From NCBI GenBank assembly GCA_963693365.1, contig CAVNZM010000004.1, positions 6,078,564-6,142,563 of the forward strand: a DNA stretch of 64,000 nt. Reading direction: 5' to 3'. Origin of the DNA: Amoebidium appalachense (lineage: Eukaryota; Protista; Ichthyosporea). The notes under the pieces are model-generated. The model did not search any database. It was not told the DNA's origin and was given only the letters and a program-made list of their open reading frames with translations. Shown here one piece after another: positions 43,622 to 64,000 of this stretch (position 1 is the stretch's first letter; every line of letters begins with the position of its first letter). The translations under genes and the position numbers were made by a program.

Positions 43622-45423
43622 GTGTGTGTGTGTGTGTGTGTGTGTGCGCGTGAGGAGGGCGGGGGAAGGGGGGAGGAGGGAAGCGGGGAGGGGAGGGGTG
43701 TTAGATTGCGTGACAATACGAAGTACTGAGGAGGTGGGGGGGGGATGAACCAACAAAAGATTCTCGCTGAAATTTCATATCACTACTTTTTTAGTGGTTT
43801 TATGAAAACTTTTTTTTTTTGCGCGCTATTACTCTTCCAGTGAGTGTATCTTCTGCAAGCATAGAAACCCCTCCACCGTGCCAATAACACATAAGCCCCC
43901 TCCCCCCCCCCCCCCCCCCTCCCCCCAACCCCCACCCCCGCCCCCACGCACATGCCCTCCACACCCCATTGCCAGCTCCGCTTTCCCCCTACCTATCGAG
44001 TTTCCACCCACACACTCTGTGTGCCTATCATCAATCCATTTATATAACAACCCCCCCCCCCCTCCCCCCCCCCCCCCCCCCCCCAAAAGCGTTTTTTTTA
44101 CTCACAAAGGTCTTTCCAGGCCAGACGCCAAATATCGACCCGAATGAAAAGTTTGCGTCGACGACACTGCTGCCGTCCAACGGGTCAAAGGCCACGCTGT
44201 AGCCCTCACCACCTAGCACCTGCTCATCGGGTGTCTCCTCACTGCACGCATACGCAACATAGTCTACGGGGGGTGATGGATGATTAGATTAGATCTAGTC
44301 CGCGAAGGGTGATGAATGATAAGATTAGATCTAGTCGGCGTGGGGTGATGGGTGATTAGATTGATCTTTGCAGTGGTTCTATAGTGTAGATGCGGAGGAT
44401 TGTGGGGGGTGATTGGTAAATAAGGATTTGGCAATTAGTCTCATGTAGGAGTGATGTGGGGCAATAGAATACGGCATATGTATGTTGGTAGTAGGGGTAT
44501 ATCTATATCCTATCGTTGAACAGTGCGAGTTTACGATGGAAAAGAGATGCATTGTATCATCAATAGAACTATGCACAGTATTCTATCATCGATAGATTCA
44601 TGCACAGCAATGCCGTTCATGCTTGATGGCGTGTAAAGAAAGGCCAACGACCCCAGGTGTACACCGGCTAACGGGTAAGGACGTACTCACCTGTTTCACG
44701 AAGGCGGTCAAAAACGGCTTTATCGGACCTCACGTCCATTTCCAGCTGCAGTAAGCAAATGTTATTGATTAGAAAAGAGCGAGGGGTTTATTTTTTTGAG
44801 TAAAGAGCACAGCATCTTTGATCTTTACTCGCTCTAGGTCTGAACATCAATGAGGTGGACGTGCACACGCGAAAGTACTTCGATGGGGGCACATGTGGCA
44901 ACCAGTGTGAGCCACGGGAAGACAGGCGGTAGAATGAATGCACAAACGCAAAGGAGTCTTTGGTTGTGGCCTGGAAAAGTAGCAGGATGCAATAGGGGGA
45001 GGGGGAGGGGGTTGCCCGGGCTTTAAGGCACCCATAATGACGCTTTGTTGAAGTGTGTAAGTAAGGTAGTGGGACGGGTGAGAAGGGGAAGTGGGAACCA
45101 CCGGGAGTGGACGGAGGAGGTACTGGAGGGGTGTGGTGTGTGTGTGTCTCGGGGGGGGAGGGGGGGAGGGGGGGGGGAGGGGGGGGAGCCAAGGATGCTG
45201 TTACCTGAACATCACCAAAGGAGTTCTGTGAGCTCAGCTTTCCCACCGTGCCCACACGCACGATGGCAGCAATATCGGCAGTGGCATCGGCAAGAGCTAC
45301 CAACACACGTGCGAGGCGGGGCTCCACCTTAATGATCTCTAGCGCATCCTTAAGGGACATACCTATCCACGGCTCGATGCCGGCCTCGACGGTGATCTCA
45401 ATTGGGGACGGAATGGCTGCCAT
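39604..45423 (-). CDS. SBP: Sedoheptulose-1,7-bisphosphatase (FBPase class I superfamily), 9 exons, 334 aa, no transit peptide
   Basis: Exons 45423-45205, 44745-44691, 44263-44106, 43490-43409, 42926-42865, 42333-42225, 41567-41496, 40234-40155, 39771-39604 (1005 nt, phases consistent). SBPase-type motifs: [122 protein letters not shown]. Confidence 0.92.
40540..40731. mobile_element. Possible MITE or inverted-repeat insertion in SBPase intron 7
   Basis: Perfect 11-bp inverted repeat CCTGCACTAAA / TTTAGTGCAGG inside a ~550-bp unique AT-rich island (~40510-41100). No clear TSD. Confidence 0.4.
44268..44368. repeat. ~36-bp tandem repeat x3 at the 3' end of SBPase intron 2
   Basis: gggtgatg..tgattagattagatctagtc.gcg units. 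Confidence 0.75.
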
Positions 45424-46719
45424 GTTTGATGAATGATCGGAGAGGGGTTGTGGTTGGGGGAAGAAGGTTGACACAAACTAAAAACAAGAAGGCAAATGCT
45501 TTGTTGGGTTTTGAAAACCGGTGGTTCGGTTACCTTGACTCTCAACGTGTTTTCTAGTGAAAAGAATCGCTTGTGTACTGTATGTAAGAATATAATGCTT
45601 CTGGACTGAGTTGTTTTGTTTGCAACAGAAGGTTACGTTGTAGGCTACTCCAGTGCGATTATGAACAGGCTGTGAATGTGCTATAAACTTATATGGAAGG
45701 TCGCTAGCCTTATAAAGGCACCCACCTTCATCTGATTGGAGCTCTTTTGTAATCATATATGGTAATATTCAAGAGCTGGGAGGAGTGGACACCTCTGATT
45801 GGGTTAGATTTTCTCGTTCGATCAGTCAAGCGGCATTAAAATGGTATAGGGAGATGTCTTGTCAACCAATCAAACGATCACTCAATAATGGAACTTATGG
45901 AAGATCCTTGCAGGAAAGCTCATCGTGGAATCATAAACGTCAAAGAGGGTTGAAGAACATACAATAAAGCTTGTTTTTAACTTCGTAACTATTATTTTTA
46001 TATTTTGTTAGCATAAAAAATAACATTAGGATAGTCGAGCCTCCCCGTCTCCCGCAACAACTCAGATCAATGCAATTTAAACAACACATTTAGATTCGTC
46101 AAATATCACGCAACAGCAGCAGCGCATACCAATCATCCTTTTTCGTTTTGGCGGGAACCAATAGTATTTTAGAGTTTTCCATGCTTTCTCTCACTCGAAT
46201 CTTCCGTCACTCAGATGTTCGAACGTGCTGCACTTCCGGAAGACTTTCGAACGAGAAAATGGTGACCATTCTCCTAACATCTGCCGTTATTATTCAACCA
46301 AATTCGTAGTAAGCTTTCACCGTTGTCTTTGCTATAAGACATACCACACAGTCTGTCAACAAACACACGTGCACATTACATTCGCATTGTTCATGTTCCT
46401 TTTTCTTTTTCGTCAGTTCACAGCTGTAGATCTGCAAGCAAGCACACAGGATGTGCAGTCTTACAGTGGGATCTGTTGCACGACAGTTGAGAACACACTA
46501 TTAACATTGTATTAGTTCACATTTCTTCATTTCATGAACAGCCATGCGCTGAGCATTCGGGCTTTTCTCAGTACTGAGATTCCGTTCGCTACAGGTCTTA
46601 CTACCCCACGTAGTGTACAACAGGGAAGCGTGAGTGTTGGTGAGCACTCATGTTGTAAACACTGGCTTTTACCTTCTCACGCACACACACATTAAAGACC
46701 TATTATAAAACCTTCAAAT
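45424..46719. promoter_or_regulatory. Divergent intergenic/promoter region shared by SBPase and PGAM
   Basis: 1.3 kb, AT-rich and microsatellite-free, between opposed start codons. CCAAT boxes at 45735 and 45798 (minus), 45866, 46129 and 46158 (plus). E2F-like TTTGGCGGGAA at ~46147. Confidence 0.6.
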
Positions 46720-51974
<5,255 letters not shown>

Positions 51975-52608
51975 GTCCCTGTGTATGGGACGTATTGATT
52001 AAGGCAATTATAGGAAAATACAGTACATGGTACTACCATACTACAGTACTACGTTAATAGTGGCAAATAGAGCCAAACATAATTATTACTCCATATTTCA
52101 AATCAATGGTTTTTTTGCTGTCATACTATCAGTAGTATATACAGTCTGAATTTCTGACAACCGTTGCAAAGTACTGAAAAGTGAAATCGGTTTAGACAAC
52201 TTTTTTTTTTCCCCAGTTTCTTCTTCCTTTTTTTTCTTTTTTGCCCTAAGGCTTCTCTTTTCTTTGCCTTTTTGTACGTGTATGTCAGCAAGCTCTCAGG
52301 TCGAACCTGCAAAAAATAAGGGGGGATCACACGTAGGAATGTATAACAAACGCGTGTATGAGGTAACGATCATTAGAACATGAAAACAGATATCGGTTGC
52401 TAGTTGGTTGTGTATGTTGTGAAGGTAGGTCAACGGTTTGAGGTTCCTGATAAATTGAATAATTCTAAGTGCGCGAACCAAATTTTAACTTTCTAGCACT
52501 AGTGTGTATGGGTTGTATGTTTTTTACAAGTCGTGCAGATGATCTCGAATGACACGTGGTACTGTGTACTGCATTGATCAAAAGCTGTGCGTCACATGTC
52601 GGTGTGTT

Positions 52609-52665
<57 letters not shown>

Positions 52666-52944
52666 TCCCCCACACCTTTGAATTCACCTGGTGAGTGGCC
52701 CGCGCCGTCCCTTATGCACGCACATAAGCATGTACGTAGTAAGCATGTGCACACCCTCATGCTGGAGAAACACACACACACACGTTCGTGTACATGTACA
52801 TGACGTCAGACTCTTTGTGTGTGTGTGTGACGCTCTCCATGTGTGTCTGTGTACACACACAATGCATGTCTCTGTGTATGTGGTGGCTGCAGCTGTGGTG
52901 GCGGGGTTGGTGTTTCGGGGTTTTGCGCAGACGTTCAACCAGAG

Positions 52945-53009
<65 letters not shown>

Positions 53010-53170
53010 CCCGACCGGGGACACATGTACCTGTGGGCCTCAGGGAAGTCAGATGAACCTTTGCATCCTTTGGCCAGGGCCACACCACGTCATATTCGTG
53101 CTGCTTTGGTTTGCACTGCCTGTCTGGCCAAGCATTAACCTAGACTGCATGAATTATGTGGGGGGCCCCG

Positions 53171-53204
<34 letters not shown>

Positions 53205-54354
53205 ATGGGGAGGATCGGAACGATCTGAGAGCGGGGGAGGGGGGGCGGGGTCAAAAGCTTTGAGATTTGGTACTTGAGTTAGAATGCATATCTCGAGCAG
53301 CACATATGCATGTGATATATAATCATCATTCGTTATCTAAGTACCTTGGTCACTTCAGATGGGCGTCAATTATAATTAATGCTGTTGGCCTGGTGCCGAC
53401 GCCTCTTCACAGCCACTCACCTACTTTATGTCGGTGATACCGACATGTGCCTGCATTTACCGTGATTTGCCATCACATGCATAACGATAGACTCTGCATA
53501 TACAGACATGGACTTTATCCACACACAGCACATATATAGGCTATGTGAGGAATTTATTCTCACAGTCATATCACCACCAGAAAGCTGTGTGTATGTATAT
53601 ACCTGTGGGGAGATCAATCACACCGCACACACAGCCAAACACAAACCACTAAGTTAAATCCCCATTTCATTCCTAAGTAAGGACTCAATTGTCTATCTAG
53701 GTACCGAACTATCACAAGGTGTATCCATCGCTATAAATAAGCAGATATACAACTACGTGGCAGTAAATAGGCTGAAATGCCTGACTCTAATCATTGAAAT
53801 GAAGATACAATGGAGAATTTCCCCAAACACAAATCGGAAGCATCCAATCCTGTTGGGCATAGGTATATAAGCTTATTATATATAACAATTGAACGAATCA
53901 GCAACTCATGTTACCAGCCTCTAAATTCTCATTATCTCGAAAAATTAAGCTTAGATACATTCCTCGTTCAGTAACAACTACCAATATGCTACTAACATAT
54001 TTTTTTTGTGCACAGCGTCATTTTAAAACACCGGTCACTGATAAGGTCACAATTTACTCATGCCCCAGGTACATAGACCAACGAATCCACATTAGACAAC
54101 CTAGTCAAAATAAAACACCAAAACAAAAAAAAACAAACAAACAAACAAACCTTTCCGGATGTTCCATAAGCACACTTCAAACCAATCACCAACCAACCCC
54201 CCCCCCCCCCCCCCCCCCTTCCGCCCCGCCCGCCCGCCCCCTCCCCCCCTGCATGTGGCACCTCCTTTTACCTATAATCGCACATTGCACCACACATCTA
54301 ACTGACCTGCATCGTATATACACCTACAACATTAACTCTCCCCACTCTTCCCAC

Positions 54355-57615
<3,261 letters not shown>

Positions 57616-59315
57616 CTAAATACAGGACGGGAAGGAGGTCTTGTCGCCTGCACATGGGATCACAAAGGTAAGCAAAGGGTGGGTTGCATAAACCACAGTT
57701 ACTTGCTATCCTATTCGTGCTCCAATAACATAGCACAGAAGGAAGTTCTGCAACCTGTAGCTCCTTAAAACCGACGTTACAAAAACTCGCCCCTGGTATT
57801 GTGAAGAGGATGCCAGGCTTAGACAGAAAAGGAGTACACCATATAGTTCCTTCAGATCTCAAGGCTCTGCTTCGGTGTAGGGAAACGATGCAACATGTGT
57901 TCTAGTCATAAACACCATGCAGCTTATAATGAAAAAACAAGGCCTGCTGGAATGACGGCAAACAACATGGTGATTGAAACACAAGCCTTTGTACACATAT
58001 AAAACGACAGAGTCCGTGTAAGTCGGAAGTTGGCCCCCAAACTCCACGATCCAAAACATCCTTGTGCGTGTGGAAAAGAGTTTAGCACGGGAGAGGGTTG
58101 ATTGATAAAGCAAGTAGATAGAGCCAGACCTCTTCTGTTAATCTTAATAAACGAGGTCTGAAAAAACCTTAAGACACCCACATTTGAAGGGCTTGCCTTC
58201 TTGTCAGACCCACTGTGACTCCCTGTGACTATGCAAAATATTATCATAAACAACACACGAACACGAGTGCCTCACAGTATAGTTTCTCTTGACACGGGGA
58301 ACAAAAACCTTATCTTTCTGGAATCGTGAAATGAGCTTCAGCACTCACCTGAAGTGTTGACAACGTTGCTCTGTGACATTAAACCCGGATATCCAGCTGA
58401 AATGTGCTCGAGCACAAGTTAGACAACAACAATAGCTGCCCAAGCCAAAGAGTAGGAATGTGTAGTTTTGTGGTGGTGTCAGAAAAGCTATACACTAACA
58501 AAAACCCTGTAAAACATGCTAATAAGGAAAAGAAAGGCTGCACGTAAGCAAGCGTATGGCTCTGTAGTCGCGTGGTGGTGTCAAAAAAGATATTCACTAT
58601 CAAACAACTATCACAACAAAAACATCATTTTAAACACGAGTTGAAACAGGAAACAAGCGCTGGCTATCGCTCAACCTTTCAAGCTACCAAGAATTGTGAC
58701 AAAAAAACACTTATCACCTCACTCTGTGATATAAAAACAGCATGTTTCCAACCCACTCTTGGAGGCACAACAAAACGAGTCAAATGCTCAGCCAGGTGAC
58801 AGAAGCTGACACGCACAATGCTCACAAAATGCAGACACACGAAGGACACTCGGATCTACACGTACACGACCTACATGTGACCTATAGCCAATGGGTGTAT
58901 AGATAGTCGATCACTATACATATGATTGGGTAAACACGAACCAAAGAGTTATATTGCCAATCATAAGACGATGCTTGTGGGGTCTATGTTGGCGGAGCAA
59001 TAGATCAACGTGTTTAGATTCTACCACTCTGCAGGCTTGCTCTTGTACGTTACCACCAAAAGCAAAAGCCTAAGCTTATCCAAAAAAACTATAATAATAT
59101 GTTGTTAGGGTCATTTATTGTATTTTTCTCTTAAGATTATTGTTTCCAGAAGTCCTGATAGTGATCATGGCCATTGTGAATTCCAACTGACTCGATTCAT
59201 AAGGCAATGCGAGGCTTGTTCGTAATTGGTTCAGATACGTACGCTTGATTGGTTGACGGGTGCGTTTTGGGCCTTGGCGAACCTCCCCCGAACACACCGC
59301 GCGCGGCCGTCACGT

Positions 59316-59375
<60 letters not shown>

Positions 59376-59691
59376 TCACACACACACACGCACACGCACA
59401 CACACACACACGTTCACACACACACACACGTGCACACACACACACACACACGGGCACGCACAAACACACGATACACACACACACACACCGTGGCACACAA
59501 AACACGTGCGCGCATGCACACACGCCGTGTAATGGCCACACATGATACACAGACACACACACAAAAACCGTCGATCGAGTCAAAATGAAAGAAGGCCTGG
59601 TTGCGGGTCCCGCCATGATGCACGCCATGCATGCTCTGCTACCGTCATGCATGCCCGCACATGTACATGTGAAACGTAGCTAGCGAAATTG

Positions 59692-59725
<34 letters not shown>

Positions 59726-60072
59726 CGACAGTGAAAGCAAACCTCCACTGGCAGGCTCCAGCTCATGCAATGCATGGGCATCAGCTGAGAGATACGTAGA
59801 CTATATAATATAATAACTCAAGCTTGCAATTGGCTTGTATACGTAGTGATTGCGAATGCCGAAGTCGTGTACATGTGTGCATGCATGCATAGTGCTATTA
59901 AGCTTCCGAATCGGCTGTTGCACCGTGTGTCTGCGACGGTGGATGGAACTATTATCCCAGGGCGCAAAAAACTCGTTAGATAATTACATATTGGTTGTAT
60001 AAGAATCAGTGTATATGTGTGTTTGTGTTTGTGTGTGTATGTGTGTACAGGCGCGTGGCCTATGTGTACGCA

Positions 60073-60112
<40 letters not shown>

Positions 60113-60516
60113 TGTGTGTGTGTATGCCTGTGTGTGTGTACGTATGTGCGTGTTTGTACGTGTGTATGCGCACGTATGTACATACATATGACTGACGTGA
60201 GCGTGTGTGGTGCCACCAACCGTGACAGTCACTGTGTACGCCCATGAATCCGCGCGGCATGTGTGTGCTTGCAAGACAGTGTCATTATCAGTATGGCTGA
60301 CAGTGGGCTTCATTTGCGCGCCCACGTGCGTGCAACATGCAACTAATATGAAAATGTTTGCACAAAGGTGACAATAGTGCTGTGTGTACATGCGTGTGTG
60401 CGTACGCGTACGCACTAGCACAATTTTGTGTGTGGAGGAAGTGTTGTGGAGGACCCTCTGGAAAAGAGTAGCTACTAGAAAACTTGAGAGTGAGGAGGGC
60501 CATGGGATGATGGGGG

Positions 60517-60551
<35 letters not shown>

Positions 60552-60700
60552 CCCCCCCTTTTGGTTCCCTAGATCCAAGAATCCCTATCATAACGAGTTT
60601 TCTTGGGTCATAACGACCGATTCGATCACAGACCGTTTAAGCACATAGTTTGCGGATTACTATTAAAGTTATGCAACTCCAGTTCATACGGGTGAGAAAA

Positions 60701-60757
<57 letters not shown>

Positions 60758-61035
60758 AAAAAAAAAAAAATCCCGCACACCCCCACACTCCCACACTTTC
60801 TCCAACACACACACACACGTTTTTCATTTCTTATTCTTCCATAATTTAGCACCCAAAACGTGGGGAAAAGGGCCACTCCAACAACTTGGAACCTACGTTG
60901 CCGGGACTTGTTAATACATAAGAAATCCTTCAACAACACAGCCACTTAAGCTTGATTAATATGTATGCACACCCGGTTGGCAACTAATTATGATATTTAA
61001 TGCTCCACCAGCCAACAAAATCAAATGTATAGTGT

Positions 61036-62895
61036 CTAAGTGGGCCCGTCCCCCGTGTTATCCGTACGCTCGCTCTTAAACCATTGCACACCCCACGGAC
61101 CGCCCACACCACCCCCACTGCCCGTATTATTATCATGCCCTATTTGGCCCGGATCGGATTCCGGCATACCACACTCATCATCCAAATCCGGGTCGTCATC
61201 AGAAGAATTCGTACACATACCTACATCACCCCCACTGTCATTATTAAATCCCCCCTGAGGCGGCCGGGGATTATCCTCGCTTTCGATTGGAGCATTATCA
61301 CTCTCAATCCCCCCCTGCCCCAACAGCACATCGCCAAGGGTGCCATATGCATCGTCATCTTCCATCTCCCCCGCCACATCCCCGCCCTCACATTCACCCT
61401 CCCCACCCCCTTCTTCCACGTGCACGTTCCACCCACCCTCCCCCTCCCCTTCAATCACAGGTTTGCCCGACATCATATCCTGCACCCCTCCCTCCCCCTC
61501 TTGCGCATACGTATTGTTCACCCTGTCCATCACCTCTGCGAGATCTGCCTCCGATATATCATCCTCGTTAACTTCATCCTCGCACGTGTCCCCTCCACCA
61601 CTGACAACAATCCCATTCTCCCCCTGCGCCCCTGCCACAGCCGCAGCCGCCGGGCCTGACCCATCCGCGTCTGTCTCCGGATTCCTCGCCGGGTACAGGA
61701 CCACCTCGCCCTCGATCATTTCATGTCGATGTGACTCTTCCAAGGTCTCGTCTTCCTCTTGCAGAACCTCTTCCTCGATCACTTCCTCCTCGACCTCGAT
61801 CGACGGTCCTTGGGGGTCCAAAAGCGCCCCGACGTCGTTTCCGTCCGCGTTTCCTCCCACGGATCCCACCACCTGTCGCTCCACAACCCTCACCGCCGTT
61901 TGCGTATGTTCAGCGTCCGGCATATCCAGCTCCATTCTCTCCACCGTTTCCGATTGCGCCGAGCCGTTCGCCGTTAATGTTGAAGAAGAAACTCGCTCCG
62001 TGCTTGCGTTTTCCACCGATGATTCCACTCCCACACCGCGCTGTACTTGTTGTTGTTGTTGTTGCTGTGTTGTTTGTTGTTGCACCTCGAGTGGTTGTCG
62101 TGAGGACTCCTCCAGTGATCGTTGCTGCTCGAGCACGTGCCTCTCCCTCTCTCGTGCCTTTTCGAGGTGGGCCTCTCTCTTTGCCTGCTCCACTATCTCG
62201 TCGATGCTCACCGCACCCGCAGTCTGCTTGGAGATGAAAAATATGGGATTAGTCTGTGGTAAATGACGTCACTAAATATGGGGTAGTCTGTGGTGAATGA
62301 CGTCACCAAAAGGGGGCAGTCTGTGGTAAGCGTGATGGCAGATGTTACCCAATCAAAATTAGCCAACTATTTACCCGCCATTTTTGGCAGGTGGCTAACC
62401 ATTCAAGGTTAGGTTTGTCCCCTTGCTGGCTAACATTTTTGGCTGCAGCGCTGCCTGCAGGACTATTATTTCTACAAAACAATATAGCAAAACTTTTAAG
62501 CTTTAGGACATAATAGATAACAGCGAAAAAAGCGCTTTTGAGGGGTGACAACATCGCTACAGACTCGGCCAGTCCCAAAAACTGTGGTACATGATGAACC
62601 CCTTGTTTCTATGGCCATTGTATGATGATTCCTATGGCCATTGTATGATGATCACAGGGAGTATCATAGAACAAACGTGCACCGTGCAGCTGGTACATAG
62701 AACGAGTAGTGCCAAGCAATGGTAACCACATTTTTTGTGTGAAATTTATACAATTAATTTGATGTCGATGAGAAATTTTTTGCATAATATTAAATGCATT
62801 TGCTTGCATGTAGGCATAAGACCTGGCTGCAAAAACACGATTCTGGTTGGTGGTGGCTGTGGCTGGGGTCTGGAGAGGTAGGCGGAGTTAGGGAA

Positions 62896-62930
<35 letters not shown>

Positions 62931-63823
62931 GGGGGAACACATACCCCAGCGCGGCGCCTGAGGCGCTTTATGCCCCGCCGGTTGTCATGCCTGCAGCAAG
63001 CCCAAAAAAGTCAGCCAACCTAATTAGGTGTATTCATCTGCCCACCCATTACACCATCCCTCTCCACTCCCCCCCTCTCCATAGCCCCTCGTCCTTTTAT
63101 TAAACGTGAATGCTCAATGTACACTTCTCTGACGTTCCACGCATACTGAAATCCCCCCCCCCCCCCCCCCCCCCCCCGCCGCCGCCTCCCCCTCCCCCCC
63201 CCCCAATAAAAATAAAACATAACTAAATATATAAACTTATAAACAAAATAAAATAAAAAACTAAAAACTAAAAAAAAAACAAATTCTTCATGTTTTTTAA
63301 AAATAAAAATAAAAATTACACACACGTAGGTCAAAAAAAACACCAAACCAGGCCCCGCACAGTACTCACCCGTCCGGTGACGTAGTCTGCTGTGTGTCCC
63401 TCGTGTCGACCTCCGCCCCCCCCACCGCATTCTTTGGTGTCCTTCTCCCCCCTGCCCTCCTCCTCCCCACATCCCCCTCCTCGCTCCAATCCTCTTCCAC
63501 CCCCTTCTGCCCACCCGCAACCCCACCCCCACCCCCACCACCTCCACCACCCCCACCTCCCTGAATGACTCCCCCCGGCCCAACTACCCGCTCCTCCTCC
63601 TGTCTCTCCGAGTCGAACCCGTGTTGCTCGTGGGCCTTTTCGTACACTCCTGACCCGACCCGATCCTTGAGTGCACCCATGAGCCTATCTAGCGACTGTT
63701 TGCGTATGCCATCCAGTGGCATATCCCCTAAGGGTCGTGCCTCCATGAGGGCGGTGGCTGCGGCCTCCGAGACGGCCTCGGCTAAGATCTCTTGCAGCTG
63801 GTCACGTGTGAGCACCTCCTCCC
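61036..63823 (-). CDS. Unknown protein with long acidic/Gly-rich C-terminus, 3' part of a gene extending beyond the window end
   Basis: Phase-consistent exons 63823-63370 (EEVLTRDQLQEILAEAVSEAAATALMEARP...), 62990-62945 (HDNRRGIKRLRRRAG), 62869-62823, 62471-62375 (...PNLEWLATCQKWR) and 62223-61036 (1188-nt terminal exon, E/D/G-rich, poly-Q). No family recognised; the small internal exons are tentative. Confidence 0.7.
62250..62330. repeat. ~34-bp intronic tandem repeat x3
   Basis: agtctgtggt.aatgacgtcac units, two containing the palindrome TGACGTCA. Confidence 0.7.
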
Positions 63824-64000
63824 CTGTGCAGGTGCGCGTATGGATGTGTGTTTTGTGTATGGGAGAGGGGTGGAGGGTGGGGGGAGTTGGTTGGTGTGTG
63901 TGTGTGGTGGTGGGGGGGGGGGGGGAGGGGAGGGGGCGGCGGCACAGGTGAGCAAGAAACAGCTGGGGATTGAGAGGAAGGGCGGGTGATGGGGGCAGGG

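Noticed and set aside
61340-62266. 308-aa Ser-rich plus-strand ORF, and likewise 53908-54882 (+)
   Set aside because: Antisense mirrors of genuine minus-strand exons.

Overview
Eukaryotic genomic DNA with intron-rich genes whose GT-AG introns are packed with (CA)n/(GT)n, (CT)n/(GA)n and long poly-C/poly-G tracts. Almost all ORF-track entries of the HTHTH, CVCVC, PPPP or GGGG type are microsatellite artefacts. Splicing exons by hand, with phase checked at every junction, gives: (1) the 5' part of an unknown minus-strand gene (<1-1527); (2) a complete 31-exon coatomer gamma subunit gene (8236-27787, minus, 882 aa); (3) an intronless, multiply frameshifted secreted choloylglycine-hydrolase/penicillin-V-acylase-like pseudogene (35189-36449, minus); (4) a 9-exon sedoheptulose-1,7-bisphosphatase gene with no transit peptide (39604-45423, minus), head-to-head with (5) a 5-exon cofactor-dependent phosphoglycerate mutase (46720-51974, plus); (6) a single-C2H2 zinc-finger, His/Pro-rich putative transcription factor (54355-57615, minus); (7) the 3' part of an unknown acidic protein gene (61036->63823, minus). 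Mobile-DNA traces include a 210-bp hAT-like MITE, a tiny palindromic element with a triplicated 8-bp target site, a dispersed intronic repeat, a probable Tc1/mariner excision footprint and a decayed FkbM-like methyltransferase fragment in a COPG intron. A ~1.7-kb block is unusually saturated with short palindromes. A non-photosynthetic opisthokont or unicellular holozoan source is an inference only.
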